Source: Centroscyllium fabricii
Taxonomy: Eukaryota
Assembly (NCBI GenBank): GCA_051313645.2
Contig: JBNRSN020000012.1
Coordinates: forward strand, 79,794,001-79,858,000
Reading direction: 5' to 3'
Length of the DNA stretch: 64,000 nucleotides
Under the pieces are notes generated by a model. It saw only the letters and a list, made by a program, of their open reading frames with translations, was not told the origin of the DNA and did not search any database. The translations under genes were made by a program, and so were the position numbers. The stretch's first letter is position 1, and the number at the start of each line of letters is the position of its first letter. This document shows, one piece after another, positions 62,892 through 64,000 of the stretch.

Positions 62892-64000
62892 ATGGCACCC
62901 TATGGAAATCTAGAACCGCCAACGTTACTCTGTATCTGTCAAATCCCATTATTGAGTAAATCTCCCTGTGAAGTTCCCTGTTTACAGGCTAATTGAATAA
63001 CTTTTACATATTATCGAGTTGAAAGCTTGAGACCAATTGAAGGGATGTCGAAAGCATCATGGACGCCAACAGTCAAAATTGATTTTTGGGGGGGGGGGGG
63101 GCAACAAATAGTTAAAGGCATTCCGACCAGTTTTTTCGGCGTACGCAGACGAAATGTAAAGTCGCCCTCACACTGCACGCAAGTAAGTTGTAGTGACTGT
63201 AACTACCGACAATGTCCCAAGAATGGCCCTTGTATCTCGGCCGTCAGAGGAAACTGCAGCTCCTGCACACGTCTGGCAGCCATCTACTTCCAGTGGATAC
63301 AAATTCCAGTCAAAACAAGGCCAACTGAGACCAGAGCTGTCATTAATGAATACTCATTTCTACGGATACCAAACTTTGATTGGCATTCATAGGTGGCCGA
63401 TTCACAATGAGTTAAACTACTCTCAAATCCTGAACACTGGGATTTCTAAACCTCCTCTGTAAATCTGAGGGGGATGGGGTTGGGGGGCCGCTGATACTTG
63501 CAGCTAATCCCCATATAAAACCTCAGCAAACTTTCCCCCCTTATCTCCCGTCGCAAGAAGTTATTTGTCACTTTGTTTACCGCGGCTTCTAAACTCGGCA
63601 ATTAAAAAAAAACCTGCACTTCCGAACTGCATGGTCTTTCCAAAGAATGCGGGTTTCCCCGTTTTATCGCGATCTTATCTTGTTTAAAATGTGCACCGAC
63701 TGAACAATGGTGCAGTGTGGGGGGACAGCTCGGCGTTATCGTGTAAATGCGGTGGCCTCTGTTACTGCAAACTGGCTGCTGGCCTCGACATGGAAGAGAA
63801 AACTCCAGGAGGTGGCTTTAAACTGCCAGGTACAGGCAGGTTTGGCCGATCGTCAGAACCGATCGCAAACTTCGTGCACAAGATTTTCTCAGCCTCGCAA
63901 AAAAGCACAAGCTGCAATCCTCAGAATGTGTATTCCAGTCATTCTCGGCTGCACCCCGATCGGCAGCACACTTGCCAAAAAAAAAATGTTCTTTATACTT

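Overview
Intronic DNA from a cartilaginous fish (HE1-type V-SINEs, HER1/CR1 tails and DeuSINEs point to a shark or ray). The only host coding sequence is two exons of an EphB receptor, best matching EPHB3, on the minus strand: exon 2 (29267-29203, 65 nt) and exon 3 (25568-24896, 673 nt). No other exon was found, so the rest is read as introns 1, 2 and 3. The introns hold a near-intact CsRn1-type Gypsy LTR element, a decayed two-gene Harbinger with related MITEs, CR1/L2/RTE relics, Penelope-derived fold-backs and three minisatellites. Three observations stand out. (1) A 3.2-kb EN-RT LINE with a tRNA-like Pol III head, no ORF1 and no TTTT terminator on its sense strand, suggesting a Pol III-transcribed coding retrotransposon. 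(2) A DNA transposon that has captured exon 1 and probable promoter of QKI (Quaking). (3) Penelope-type fold-back inserts with minimal hammerhead ribozymes on both strands, shared termini and 13-bp TSDs. Family names come from recalled motifs, not database searches.
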